Positions 9,946-20,734 of a DNA stretch of 32,000 nt are shown piece by piece. This DNA comes from Wallemia ichthyophaga EXF-994. Taxonomy: Eukaryota; Fungi; Basidiomycota. The stretch covers positions 150,001 to 182,000 of the forward strand of contig NW_008806288.1 of the NCBI RefSeq assembly GCF_000400465.1, written 5' to 3'. A model generated the notes under the pieces. It was not told the origin of the DNA. It did no database searches and worked only from the letters and a program-made list of their open reading frames with translations. Positions within the stretch are counted from its first letter, which is position 1; every line of letters starts with the position of its first letter. Made by a program: the position numbers and the translations under genes.

Positions 9946-11946
9946 TTACATTTTGTCAGTGTATAAGTTGACTACCTTGTTCAAATAGCTTGGATAAATC
10001 TCTGTTAATATGCAAATACTGTAGAGATCCTCATTGTCCAACAACTTGACTGTTATTTTGGCTGTATTCCCCTTAATTCCCTCCGCCTTGATCTTCTTAA
10101 ACAGCCTCTCTCCTATTTTTTGCTTCTGTTTCTTACTTTCCAATCCCTGTAATCCTTCGAACCAATCCTGTGTGTGTCTGAAAATATCCTCATTGAGCAA
10201 TCCCATCTCATTAACTGCCATTTTGAGCGCATCTTGAGCCCTCATTTGCTCATCGTTTCCGCCTTCTTTATTCTTTTCATCCTTTGCATCTTTTTCGTTA
10301 TCGCACTCGACCTCGACGAGCACCTTGGCATCTCTCACCTTCTGTATGAGGTATTCATTCGAAAAAAGACACATGGCTCTCTCCTTCTTCCCGAGCTGGC
10401 CGAGCATTTCACCAATCTTCTTGTAATCACGTTCGCCAAGGTTCTGTACAGCGATGATGAGACGACCCGATTCTTCTGAAGCTGGTGTTATGACATCTGT
10501 TGAGCTGCCTACAACGCTGTTATCGATTCTGAGAGCATTCAAGTGTGCCTCAACAGGAGCCCCGTGTGTGCCCTTGTAGCACCTCAGCAAAGCGTCTCTG
10601 TTGTGCAAACATTCGACGAGATTATCCAGTCCGTACGTGCTTATCAATCTGTCGACAGCATCAACTACATCAATATCACTCACCCCCACATCGTGAAGTG
10701 ATCGCAACAGATGTCCACCGAGCATCTCACTGCGCATCGAAGCAGTCATCGTCTTGAATTCACCCAGCGATGGTGCCATATGAGCAGACAGCGCGGCTTT
10801 GAAATAGGAACCTGATCCGCGTCTGCCATTTACAGTAACACCACCACCACCACCACCACCACCCATGCTCGGCGTGGCTGATAGAGGTGGGGAGTTTAGA
10901 TTAGAATTCATCCCGTAGTCGCTGGGTATTGGACTGATAGGACTGCTCACACCCAGTCTGTCGTTTTTAGAAAACCTCGCAGCCAGTTTCTCCTGACGCA
11001 GTTGTTTAGGTTCGTGGAAACGTACTGTTATCGCTTTCGTCCTGACACCGACCCCGTTCATGGCATTCAGGGCCGCCTTGGCAGATTCGGGTGACTGGTA
11101 GCTGACGAAACCGAAGCCGCGCGACTGGTCGTTTTCGTCGCGCATCACCCTCGCAGAGACAATATGACCAAACGACTTGAACGCGTCGAAGAGATCATTA
11201 GACGCGAGGGAATGGTCAAGATTCTTCACAAAGAGGTTGCAGGGGTCTATAAGGTTGGAGCCTGTGTATTGCACCTGCTGACCTGGGCCGTGGCCGAAGT
11301 AGGAGGGTGTATGGGGTGTATGTAAGCCAGTGGTTGTGTTTGAGTGCGTGTTTGGAACAAAAGCAGCAGCTTTTGGGTGTAAATGGGAAGACTCCTTGCT
11401 GGAATCATACTTTGTAACTGAAATGGTGCAGTTCTCATACTCAGTACAGTGGAGATCCTCCTCCAAGCGCAAAGAAGTGCTTTCATCCCAAGCCCAGACC
11501 ACAGCGACACCTGAATTAACCATTTTGATCGAGTAGAGAGGGCCACACGTCCTACACAGATCATAAACCTCATTAGGCGTGATAGATTGTGGAAGATTTC
11601 TGAAAAAGCGGGGAGTAGTGGCTGGCGGTGGAGGTATATGCGCAACTTGGTCTTGGGAATCGTAAGGGAGAAGACCGAGCGTGGTTTCATGTTCAGGGAA
11701 TGTGATTTGGGGGTAGATAGTTAATGCCTTCTCCGCTGAATAGAGCTGCTTGAACTGTACATCGGCGTGGATGGGTATACCGATAGCATCTTGCTCTGTA
11801 TGCGCGACAACTCGCACTGGGAGACAGCCAACCAGCTGAGAGGCGATCTCCTGGGAAGTGATGGTATGTGAGCGTAGACCACTGATACAAAGCTTGGGCG
11901 TTTGGAGTATTGGGTGTGGAGGGTATGTGGATATATCACAGTCCAT
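9946..11946 (-). CDS. RRM4: Rrm4-like RNA-binding protein (3 RRM plus C-terminal MLLE/PABC domains), endosomal mRNA transport
   Basis: RRM3 DPCNLFVKNL...FGHIVSARVMRDENDQSRGFGFVSY...HEPKQLRQEKLAARF and terminal MLLE QKQKIGERLFKKIK...KITVKLLDNEDL match the Ustilago Rrm4 architecture as I recall it. Two further MLLE-like helical blocks lie upstream. Confidence 0.8.
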   Translation of the reverse strand: MDCDISTYPPHPILQTPKLCISGLRSHTITSQEIASQLVGCLPVRVVAHTEQDAIGIPIHADVQFKQLYSAEKALTIYPQITFPEHETTLGLLPYDSQDQVAHIPPPPATTPRFFRNLPQSITPNEVYDLCRTCGPLYSIKMVNSGVAVVWAWDESTSLRLEEDLHCTEYENCTISVTKYDSSKESSHLHPKAAAFVPNTHSNTTTGLHTPHTPSYFGHGPGQQVQYTGSNLIDPCNLFVKNLDHSLASNDLFDAFKSFGHIVSARVMRDENDQSRGFGFVSYQSPESAKAALNAMNGVGVRTKAITVRFHEPKQLRQEKLAARFSKNDRLGVSSPISPIPSDYGMNSNLNSPPLSATPSMGGGGGGGGVTVNGRRGSGSYFKAALSAHMAPSLGEFKTMTASMRSEMLGGHLLRSLHDVGVSDIDVVDAVDRLISTYGLDNLVECLHNRDALLRCYKGTHGAPVEAHLNALRIDNSVVGSSTDVITPASEESGRLIIAVQNLGERDYKKIGEMLGQLGKKERAMCLFSNEYLIQKVRDAKVLVEVECDNEKDAKDEKNKEGGNDEQMRAQDALKMAVNEMGLLNEDIFRHTQDWFEGLQGLESKKQKQKIGERLFKKIKAEGIKGNTAKITVKLLDNEDLYSICILTEIYPSYLNKVVNLYTDKM

Positions 11947-12500
11947 TTCTCCAGCTTTCGTCGTGGTGTTTATCAGAGAATGGCGTCTGTGCGTGGGGGA
12001 GAATTCGGGGGAACTGCTGATAATTTTAAACGTTTAATTGAATTTAACCATTGTATTACGATACGCGTATTCTTCATTCGATATCATTCATATCACTCTA
12101 CATCTCTATATCACCCACCTCTACAAGCAGAAGCACAACGAGCAAATGATTTAGAGATGAAGCCATACACAACAGTCACACCACTCTCATGATACCCATT
12201 CACGCACAAAAAATGAATATTATGCAATTTAAATTTTTCAATCGTTGCTCAAGAAGGATTTCACTAGGCGTGATTCTTCCCTTCGACTAGGACCCCAAGT
12301 ATCTAAAGGTAAGAGAGGAAACAATAGGGGGAGTATAAGTGAGTGTGGATTGTGGTAGCTGTGGATTTTATACGCATTTTAAGTTTTTAACTGGGCGAAT
12401 TGGAGGATTATCAGGTTTAAAAGCAGGTAGAAGGGAAGACACAATCCAGCCACTCCCACTCCCCCTAAATCCCCAAACAACCACTCACTCATATCCCAGA

Positions 12501-13138
12501 ATGCGTTCAATCTACAACGACGAGTTGCTCGAGGTTCCACAGGGTGTTACCGCTGACATCAAATCCCGTGTTATCACCGTCGAAGGTCCACGCGGTAAGC
12601 TCACCAAGGTGTGTTTTGTTGGTCTGTCTCTTTTTCCCCTTCTAAACTCCCCCAGGTCGTCCGTCACATCAACATGGACCTCCGCCTCGAGAAGGTTGGC
12701 CAAAAGTCTGACAGCTCCGCCATCGTAAAGATTGTCGTCTGGCACGGTGGCCGTAAGCACATTGCTTGCTTGCGTACCGTCAAGTCCCTCATCCTTAACA
12801 TGATTAAGGGTGTCACCAAGGGTTTCTTATACAGAATGCGCGCTGTCTATGCCCACTTTCCAATCAACATCATCATCCAAGAGAATGGTACCGCTGTTGA
12901 GATCAGAAACTTCTTAGGTGAAAAGGCTGTCAGAAACGTAAAGATGGCTGAAGGTGTCAAGATTGAAGAATCTCAATCTCAAAAGGATGAAGTCATCTTG
13001 ACCGGTAACGACATCCAAAACGTTTCTCAATCCGCTGCTTCCATCCAAGGTGTCTGTCGTGTTCGCCACAAGGATATCCGTAAGTTCTTGGATGGTGTTT
13101 ACGTTTCTTCAAAAGAGCAAGTCGTCCCAGATGAGTAA
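12501..13138 (+). CDS. RPL9: 60S ribosomal protein L9 (uL6); coding intron 12609-12655, plus a probable 191-nt 5'UTR intron 12309-12499
   Basis: [36 protein letters not shown]|VVRHINMD...[10 protein letters not shown]...EIRNFLGEK...[13 protein letters not shown]. Confidence 0.97.
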
Positions 13139-13260
13139 ACTCGTCGCATTCTTTTAATCCTTTTTGTATTTTGATTGAAATGCAAAATTTGTCCAGTATG
13201 ATCGACTTTCGTCTTTAATCAAAAGAGAGAAAAATTTCATTTCATTGTTTATTACAATTT

Positions 13261-14768
13261 CTACGCATAGTAGTAATGCTCTTGCTTTTTCTTAGCTTGC
13301 ACTTCAAGTATACCAGAGTTATAATGCTCATGTTCAATTATCTCACTGCCTTCCCTTAAAGCAATCATACCTGCTTCCACACATACTGCCTTCATCTGTG
13401 CACCGTTGAATTCATCTGTTGATCTCGCTAATTCCTCAAAGTTGACATCTGGACTAACGTTCATCTTCCTCGAGTGTATCTGCAATATCTGTGCTCTACC
13501 CGCTTCATTTGGTAATGGGAATTCAATCTTTCTGTCCAATCTACCCGATCTCAATAAGGCGGGATCAAGAATATCTATTCTATTAGTTGCTGCAATCACC
13601 TTTATACGGTTGTCTGAGCTGAATCCATCCAATTGATTGAGTAATTCTAACATTGTTCTCTGTACCTCTCTGTCACCTGATTTGTCGCTATCGAAACGCT
13701 TAGTACCGATAGCATCTAACTCATCAATGAAAATGATAGCAGGTGCTTTCTCTTTGGCCAATTCGAATGCGTCTCTGACCAATTTAGCACCATCACCGAT
13801 GAACATCTGTATTGAGTCAGTTGACAAATACTACGCGTAGTAATCACCCACCTGAACAAGCGATGGTCCTGCAAGCTTCAAATAGCAAGCATTTGTTTGT
13901 GCCGCACAAGCTCTAGCAAGCATAGTTTTACCGGTACCTTTTCAAGTTTAATAAGACAAAGTTGCATCTTAATTAGAACTCACCAGGTGGTCCATACATA
14001 AGCGCACCTTTTGGTGGCTTGATACCGAGTCTGACAAACTTATCAGCCTGTTTCATTGGCATGACGACAGCTTCAACGAGTTCTTCGATTTGTTTCTCCA
14101 ATCCACCAATATCCTGAATTATAGTTGAGTTGAGTGCTTACTTTATAACATTCCACTCACAGTGTAATTCTCAGTCGGCCTCTCGTCAACTTCCATAGCC
14201 TTGACACGAGAGTCAAATTCAGGTGGGAGAGTGTCGAGAATCAAGTACGAGTCCTTATTAACACCAATCAAATCACCAGGCTTCAAATCGTCAGCCTTGA
14301 CGAGACCAATGAGAGGAAGGAAGACTGTCTGTCTAGTGCTAGTCTTGATCACAGCACATTTGCCTTTACGCATTGAGTCCTGATCTTGAGCAGCGCCGTC
14401 GTCTTCGCCTTCAGGATCAACTTCAAGGATTTCAACGACGTTTCCAACCAAATAGGGTAACACTTTGTTCTGCCTAATCTTTTCTTGATTGCCACGAATC
14501 TTCTCCTCTAAAGCTCTCATATCATGACTGAGACGAAGCTGCTCTGATTTGAACATCTGAAAGAGTGTGAGGAGTGCGTGTAGAATACACTTAAACAACT
14601 CACCCTAATCTCATTATCAATCATTCTGCTGCGAGTCTTGACGCTGTCGATAGAATCATTCCTAATATCTTCAGGTATATCCTCGAATAGATCAGGCTTC
14701 TCTTCCTTCTCATCCTCCTTCATTGGAGCTGCTTCTGCTTCGATTCGCTCTCCATTCGGCTCAGCCAT
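13261..14768 (-). CDS. RPT5: 26S proteasome AAA-ATPase Rpt5 (subunit 6A); 5 exons
   Basis: Introns 14603-14557, 14160-14114, 13983-13938 and 13851-13807. Contains [38 protein letters not shown] and [19 protein letters not shown]. Confidence 0.96.
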
Positions 14769-15107
14769 CTTGACTGTCAGTGGTTAAGGCTCGGTTGATG
14801 ACGCGTAAGCAGATAATTTTGGATCAGCGATAATTGCGTTTGTAATTTCATTTTTCTTATTCCTGTTCGCACAACATAATAGCATTGCTATATCTCGCTC
14901 ACTCACCTCACAACCCTCTCTCACGCTTTCCGCCTGCGAGAAAACTGAAAGCACACCTACTCAACACACAACACCTAAATGATAGTTGAAATAAATTCAT
15001 TTCTTCTTTTATCAAGACAATATTAGAAATTAGAATTGAAATTGATTGATTGAGATTTGTTAAAGCGTTTCTTCATTAATTACGGGGTGAGCTGAGCTTA
15101 GCTGAGC

Positions 15108-18100
15108 TTAACGAATCAAAATACCCCTTTCAGCGGTTTTGTTAGATTTCCCAGATTTATCAATATGATCCAATCCGAGTGCATCTTGTTGAGCAAAGTT
15201 GTGATCGTGGATTACGTCACCGTCATCAATTAGACTTGGCTGCTTATAATACATCGATGTAATTAAGCTGAACTTGTACTTGGACAACTCCTTCTCTGGA
15301 ATGTTCAATCTGTTTTGTAATCTCAACTTTGTGTCAATAAACTTTTCACCTGGCTTGGTTACTAATTTAAATGGAATTCCATGCCACCGTTGTGGCTCAC
15401 GCGAATAGTGGAACACGTTGATGATTTTTTCACTCTCATTAGCTTCGGTTTCCTCCTTTGGCACTTCCTCTGCGAATAACTCTGCATTGTCTGATAAATT
15501 ACCAATTAACTCCAAACCATTGCATTCCTTTTGATGTCTTCCATTCCAGATCTCGAATATCTTTATCTTTTGCGATCCTTCTGCTGTTAACTCCACATTC
15601 TTAGCTAGTTGCTCAACCACATCATTTATAGTAGATGTCTTTGGCTGTAAAAATGGATACGTGCCTTCTTCTTTATTGTGGAGTCCCGTCCAAGTTACCG
15701 TGAATGATTTTTTCGTCTCCAATTCAACTATTGAGATATTCAACAACTCATAGAAAATCACATGGGAATTCTCTGTCAAATAGCCTGGTGTGATGAGATC
15801 CTGAACTGGTTGATTCATACTGCGCTTCACTATAGACTTTGGTGTTCCATTTGTATTTTGTGTCGTTGTGAATCTAATCTTGAGCGGATCCTGCTTCACC
15901 TTGGCGCCAACCAATTCAGCCATGCGATCGTAATTAGTCTTCTTGCTCAACAGCAAATTAAACTCGCTAACAGTCTCACTTATTTGATTCTTGTACTTTG
16001 GTCTAAATGTCACTTGTACGCGGTTTTGGAGGTAGTCATAGTGTGAGATTGGATCAGCGTTCATTCCTTGCGCTTCGTAATCCCTGACCTCAGAATCTGA
16101 GAGCTCTACTTGGAAACAAACAAGGTCACCATCCTGTAATTCACTTTGTGCAAGTGTCATCTTTGGCTTCATTGGTTCTATATATCCTGGTTTAATTTCC
16201 TGTAATATTTGTTAGATATGGATTCCACAACCCATATAATCAACATACCTCGTACAACCTCAATGGTAATCCAGGTGGCCACTTCATCTCCTTCTGTATA
16301 ATATCCTGTAAATCTCCAACCTTAGCCGATCTAGACACGTAAACCTTGCAAACACCAGTCAGTGTTTGTCTCGATACATCAAAATACTTCAAGAAGATCA
16401 TTATTGAATCTTCTGGTTTGCCGTACAGAGTGTCACTCTCTTTCTCAACATCTAAATAGAGCTTAAGGTCACTTTGTCTTGGTGAAAGCTCCACTCTAAT
16501 AGCATCAAGTGTCTTGGTTGGATCATTTTCAAGAATTGGCGTGTCTGGTCTGATAGTCTTGTTCTGTCTATTGACAAGCATCCACAGTCTAAATTTACGA
16601 TCACCTAAACCGAATTGATGTCTGAGTTGCTCTTTAAATTCATTGTATGGCATCGTTTTGAGTGCTCTAATTGTTGGAAGCTCTGTTGCTGGTACATTCC
16701 TATCTTCAAAGGTTGCAAGATCGAAGCCTTGATAAGTGGAGAAAGTGTTATCTGAAATAACTCTAGTCGTCAAGTATAAGTGTTGCTCATCACGTTCACG
16801 ACGCTTGCGCTCGTTTGCTTCACGCTCTTCATCTAATCTTTGACGAAGTAGTGGTGGTATGTCATCATTTGTGAATGGTTTCAATATATCGTCCGTCTTC
16901 TGTTCGCGAATATAAACAAGCATGTAAGCGTTGGTGAAGCGTTTCATGGCGCGTAATTGTGGTTTTGGTCCTTGCGCTGTGACGACGTTGCTGTGCATTT
17001 CTCCACCATAGTTATCTTCCAAAACTTCTCTATCAAGAGCCTTAGTGACTCTGTCATCGTCGAACTTTAGCCACTGTCCGTCACGCTCCGGCTTAATGAG
17101 TGCAAAGTAATGACCACCGTGTAAATCACCGGAGTGTACCAAAACGCCGTGTAATCTGTAAACCCAGTCCTCCTCCTTAGCTGGACCATCATCAAGGAAC
17201 TCCTTCAAGTCAATCTCGAATGGGAATTCATGGCGATCGTTGATTTTAACCATTGCATCGCGCTGGAGGTCATACTCGAAACGCTTCAATTGCAAGTTGA
17301 GGACTGGTGGGAAAGATTCAAAAATGCATCCCTTTTTAGCATCTTGCAAACCATGACCCTCAGCGTGGTATTTATTGTCACCCTCGAGTGTCTCTACCTG
17401 TATGTAGTCCTTAAATGACTCGTACAAGTTCTTCATTCCCTTGACATTGAGTTGAATGTCGTAAAAGTCTTCAATTCGTGATGATTCGAAATCTACATCC
17501 ACGCACTTGACGTACGACTTCATCTTACCAACAAACAAATCAGTAATAGCACCGTCTGCTACAGTGCCTTTCATTCTCTCCTCCAACTTGTCTTGGAGAA
17601 CGCGATTGAATTCTTGAACATCGTGTTGCATGAAAGAATCTAGCGACTTCCAACCGAACGAGCGGGTGAGTTCTGTTGTTCCAGCTGGCTGTAATGAGTT
17701 TTGAAGGTTATAGAAGACGCGCTGAAGAGCAAGAGCAACAGATTCAGATGGATGGTCTTCCTCTGTAGGAATTTGGTAAACAGCCCTACGGAAGTAGTTT
17801 GTACAGTAGAGGGATTGCAGTAGAGAGTTCATGTAGCAGGTAGCGCCCTGGTTCTTAAGACCAACGAATCCAGTCTCCTTCTTGGAGTCGTAGTTGACGA
17901 AATTGTGCCACAGAACGCCTGTAGGATCATCAAGAACTCTTACGAAGGCAGTGATGGTGGATCCTTCACCCTCAATGACTGGTCTCGAGAACTTGTCTGA
18001 TGGGATACATAGTCTGCGCAATTCGCTAAAGCGAGTAAATCCCCAGTCGCTTTCCTCGATTGTGAATCTGTGATGTGCTTGGTTGGTGACAAAAACAGTT

Positions 18101-18634
18101 GGGTCTGAAGGGTTGGACATGACGAGTGCGAACTGAGCACAAACGTGCCAGCCAGTAGGAGCGCCACGTGGGTCAGCGTACTCGAGATAAATGGAAACCA
18201 TTTCGTTGCCATTGCCATTCGTGTTACCGAAAGGAAAGAGAAGAATTCTCCTGGGAGGTGTGTGAGCCACTGGTGAGCAGACTACAGATAGAAACTTACC
18301 AAGGATGTCCTCCTACGTGGAAAACGGGACTCTGTATTCTCCTATCGAGTTGTGTCCAGTGCGCCAAGTTCCAAGTGTACGTCTGGAAATCGATGACTTC
18401 GTGGCCAAAGTCTGATAAGTTGCGTTCAACGAAAGCGGGTACTACGGTTGAGTGAGATTTAGCGTCTTCCCCGCGCCAATGTACGCACCGTCGTTTACGG
18501 AGAGTGTGTCATCCACCTCCATCTCAGAAACGAGACCAGCCTTTTCATCTTCTTGTGAGGAGTAATCTATGCTTTGTGGCTCCTGGATTTCCCTGTAAGC
18601 GTCATCTCCCACACGCTGCAATTTGCCTCACCAT
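15108..18634 (-). CDS. UBP15: Ubiquitin-specific protease USP7/Ubp15 (MATH + USP + UBL domains); 5 exons
   Basis: MATH (WRILLFPFGN, DWGF), Cys box GLKNQGATCYMNSLLQ, His box GVLVHSGDLHGGHY, and C-terminal LGLDH. Introns 18631-18583 (inferred, ATG-only exon 1), 18488-18442, 18299-18251 and 16248-16200. Confidence 0.95.
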
Positions 18635-18911
18635 CGTTGGAGATGATTAGAATATGATACGTCAGATAGAAATTGCGTAGAGATTGCTGTTCTGTGTACT
18701 GGCCCAAATATTAATATACATTGTCCACACCTTTTTGCTCGCTTTACTCACGACTCGCAACTCTGGCTGTTATGGTCGATTACAACCAGCAGCTCCAGCT
18801 TGTTGTTCAATTAAAATTTAAAATTTATTCGTGAGCTTTGTTGTGCTGTCTGCGGAAGAGATCTCAGGACTCTGTGTTGTCTTCTCTCGCTCCTCTCTCC
18901 CCGCTGTCAGT

Positions 18912-19027
18912 GTACGTAACTGTTGTGATTCCGATGTGAAGATCGATACCGAGGTGGGAAGTGGCTGTGAGGTGAATTTTATTACGATATAAGCCTTACC
19001 ACCTTGTCATTTCTCTGATTCCTCCAG
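18912..19027 (+). ncRNA. Candidate structured intron of a non-coding transcript (possible snoRNA host)
   Basis: GTACGT donor, CTGAT branch-like site and CAG acceptor; 11/12-bp hairpin 18950-19007; C-like GTGAAGA and D-like CTGA; no coding partner exons found. Confidence 0.3.
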
Positions 19028-19067
19028 TCTCCACGAATTGTAATATGATGCAATGTTTAACGTATGT

Positions 19068-20354
19068 CTACTGTGTATCCCTTATTTCAAATACTTGTAC
19101 AAATCTCTGCAAATTCGAAATAAATGCATATGTACAAGAAGAATCTGTGTACCGACCGAATCTGCTAGCGATACTCAACTTGGAATCTTTCATTCAACAA
19201 AAATTGTCGATTGTGAGCTTTTCATCATCGAGACTGAACGCCTCTTTGCATTTTTCGTCGACATCATATGCGCGATAACGACTGTGCTCTTTGATACTGT
19301 CATCGATGATGCTCCTTATTTCACTACGAAGCGCATTGATCGTGTAAGGCGAAGTAATCGGTACTCAATCTCTAAACATGTGGCCACGATGCGCATATCT
19401 TTGAACATCTTCATCAAGCATGTCAAATTCAGTTTCAGAAAGTGGATCACTGTCGGGCCTTCTCTTGTGCATGTGGCCAAAAGGCTTACCGAGACACTCT
19501 GAACAAATATCTGACAAAGCCTTACTGTTGCTCCTTGTAGCTTCCTTGTAGCCCTGTTTCTTATTCCATTTCTAAATATCGATAAAATTTGCTTCTGTTT
19601 ATGTTGTGTAGAAACGACGACCTTTATAGGATTTCAAATTGTAATATTTAATATTGTTACTTTTGGAACAGTTAGAAACCCATCTTTGTCTTTCTGAAAT
19701 GCTTCATAAACCTTAGCAATCAACCTCTCTTGGCGATCAAGGACTAAGCCAGGATTTTCAACTAAACCAGGTCTATGGAAACGAAGTGTTATAAGATTCG
19801 GGTATTAGATGAGAACAGCGCGAGCCAATTTATTAATACTAACGTCATCGACTTATTCGATGTTGATGGTGAGATCACTGCGGCTAAAAGACTCTCCGAT
19901 AAGCCTCGCTAAGTCATCATGGGGATCAAGCAGCCTGTGCAGTGTTAAAATTAACTTCTTGAGCTTAGGAAGGGAGCCGATGATATCAACGAGATTCATG
20001 CATTCATCCAGACGCGTCCAATTTTCAATGTATTAATCTTCAATAAATTGATTGAGATTGAGCTGGAGCTCCCTACAGTCTGTCAGCATCCACTTCCTCA
20101 TTTCTCACGAACTTGATGGTGTTTGCGTATATCGTATTAGGACTGAAATTGCATATGGAAGTATAATAATTGTGGATAAGCAGCTAGTTGGACCCACATA
20201 TCAGCGTCTTTGGGCTATAATGCTTCCCTGTGCAGAAGTCCTCGATGCCGATCTCGTAGAAACGGCTGCAGACGTGCAACAATTCAGGAGCCTTGTAGTC
20301 AATCATGAGGTATAAGATCAGCTCATTTGGAAGCGTGTCCATCGCTGCTCGCAT
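19068..20354 (-). pseudogene. Decayed F-box gene (F-box followed by an LRR-like region)
   Basis: ATG 20354 gives MRAAMDTLPNELILYLMIDYKAPELLHVCSRFYEIG (F-box-like). Protein-like reading continues (IIGSLPKLKKLILTL; YPNLITLRF; SETEFDMLDEDVQRY) through at least 7 in-frame stops (e.g. 20035, 19855, 19807, 19601, 19574, 19367, 19196) and about 2 frame changes. Confidence 0.7.
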
Positions 20355-20734
20355 CTCGTTACAATTTCGGTGTGGAGGAACGAAGCCACGCCCAATGATC
20401 TGTCTAGTCTTTGATCAAAAGATTAAAGCTTTGAGATCTCAAATATCCTCCAAGATAGACGGATGTCGCTAACGTCCATGAGAAAGCGACCAGCGAAAAA
20501 TTTGACACGAGTGAAGCCGACAATTCTTGCTTAGGAGATCTTCAAGAGCCTTCTACTTGAATTAACGGCGGATCTAGACTCTTTTTATATGCATTTTTGT
20601 TTACAATCGCACCGTTATCAAGACATGCGCACGAGCAGGCAGCGGAATTGATGTTACAACACGATACATATATAAGAAGCCACTTTTTCAATTCAAATAT
20701 TTTCATCGCATGCTCTCAGCTTCATTTCCGTGAT

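Noticed and set aside
19068-20354. Stop-codon reassignment or readthrough as an explanation of the in-frame stops
   Set aside because: TAA, TAG and TGA all occur in frame, and all three are used as real stops by neighbours (RPS28 TAA, PIG-Y-like TAG, KAE1 TGA); frame changes are also present.
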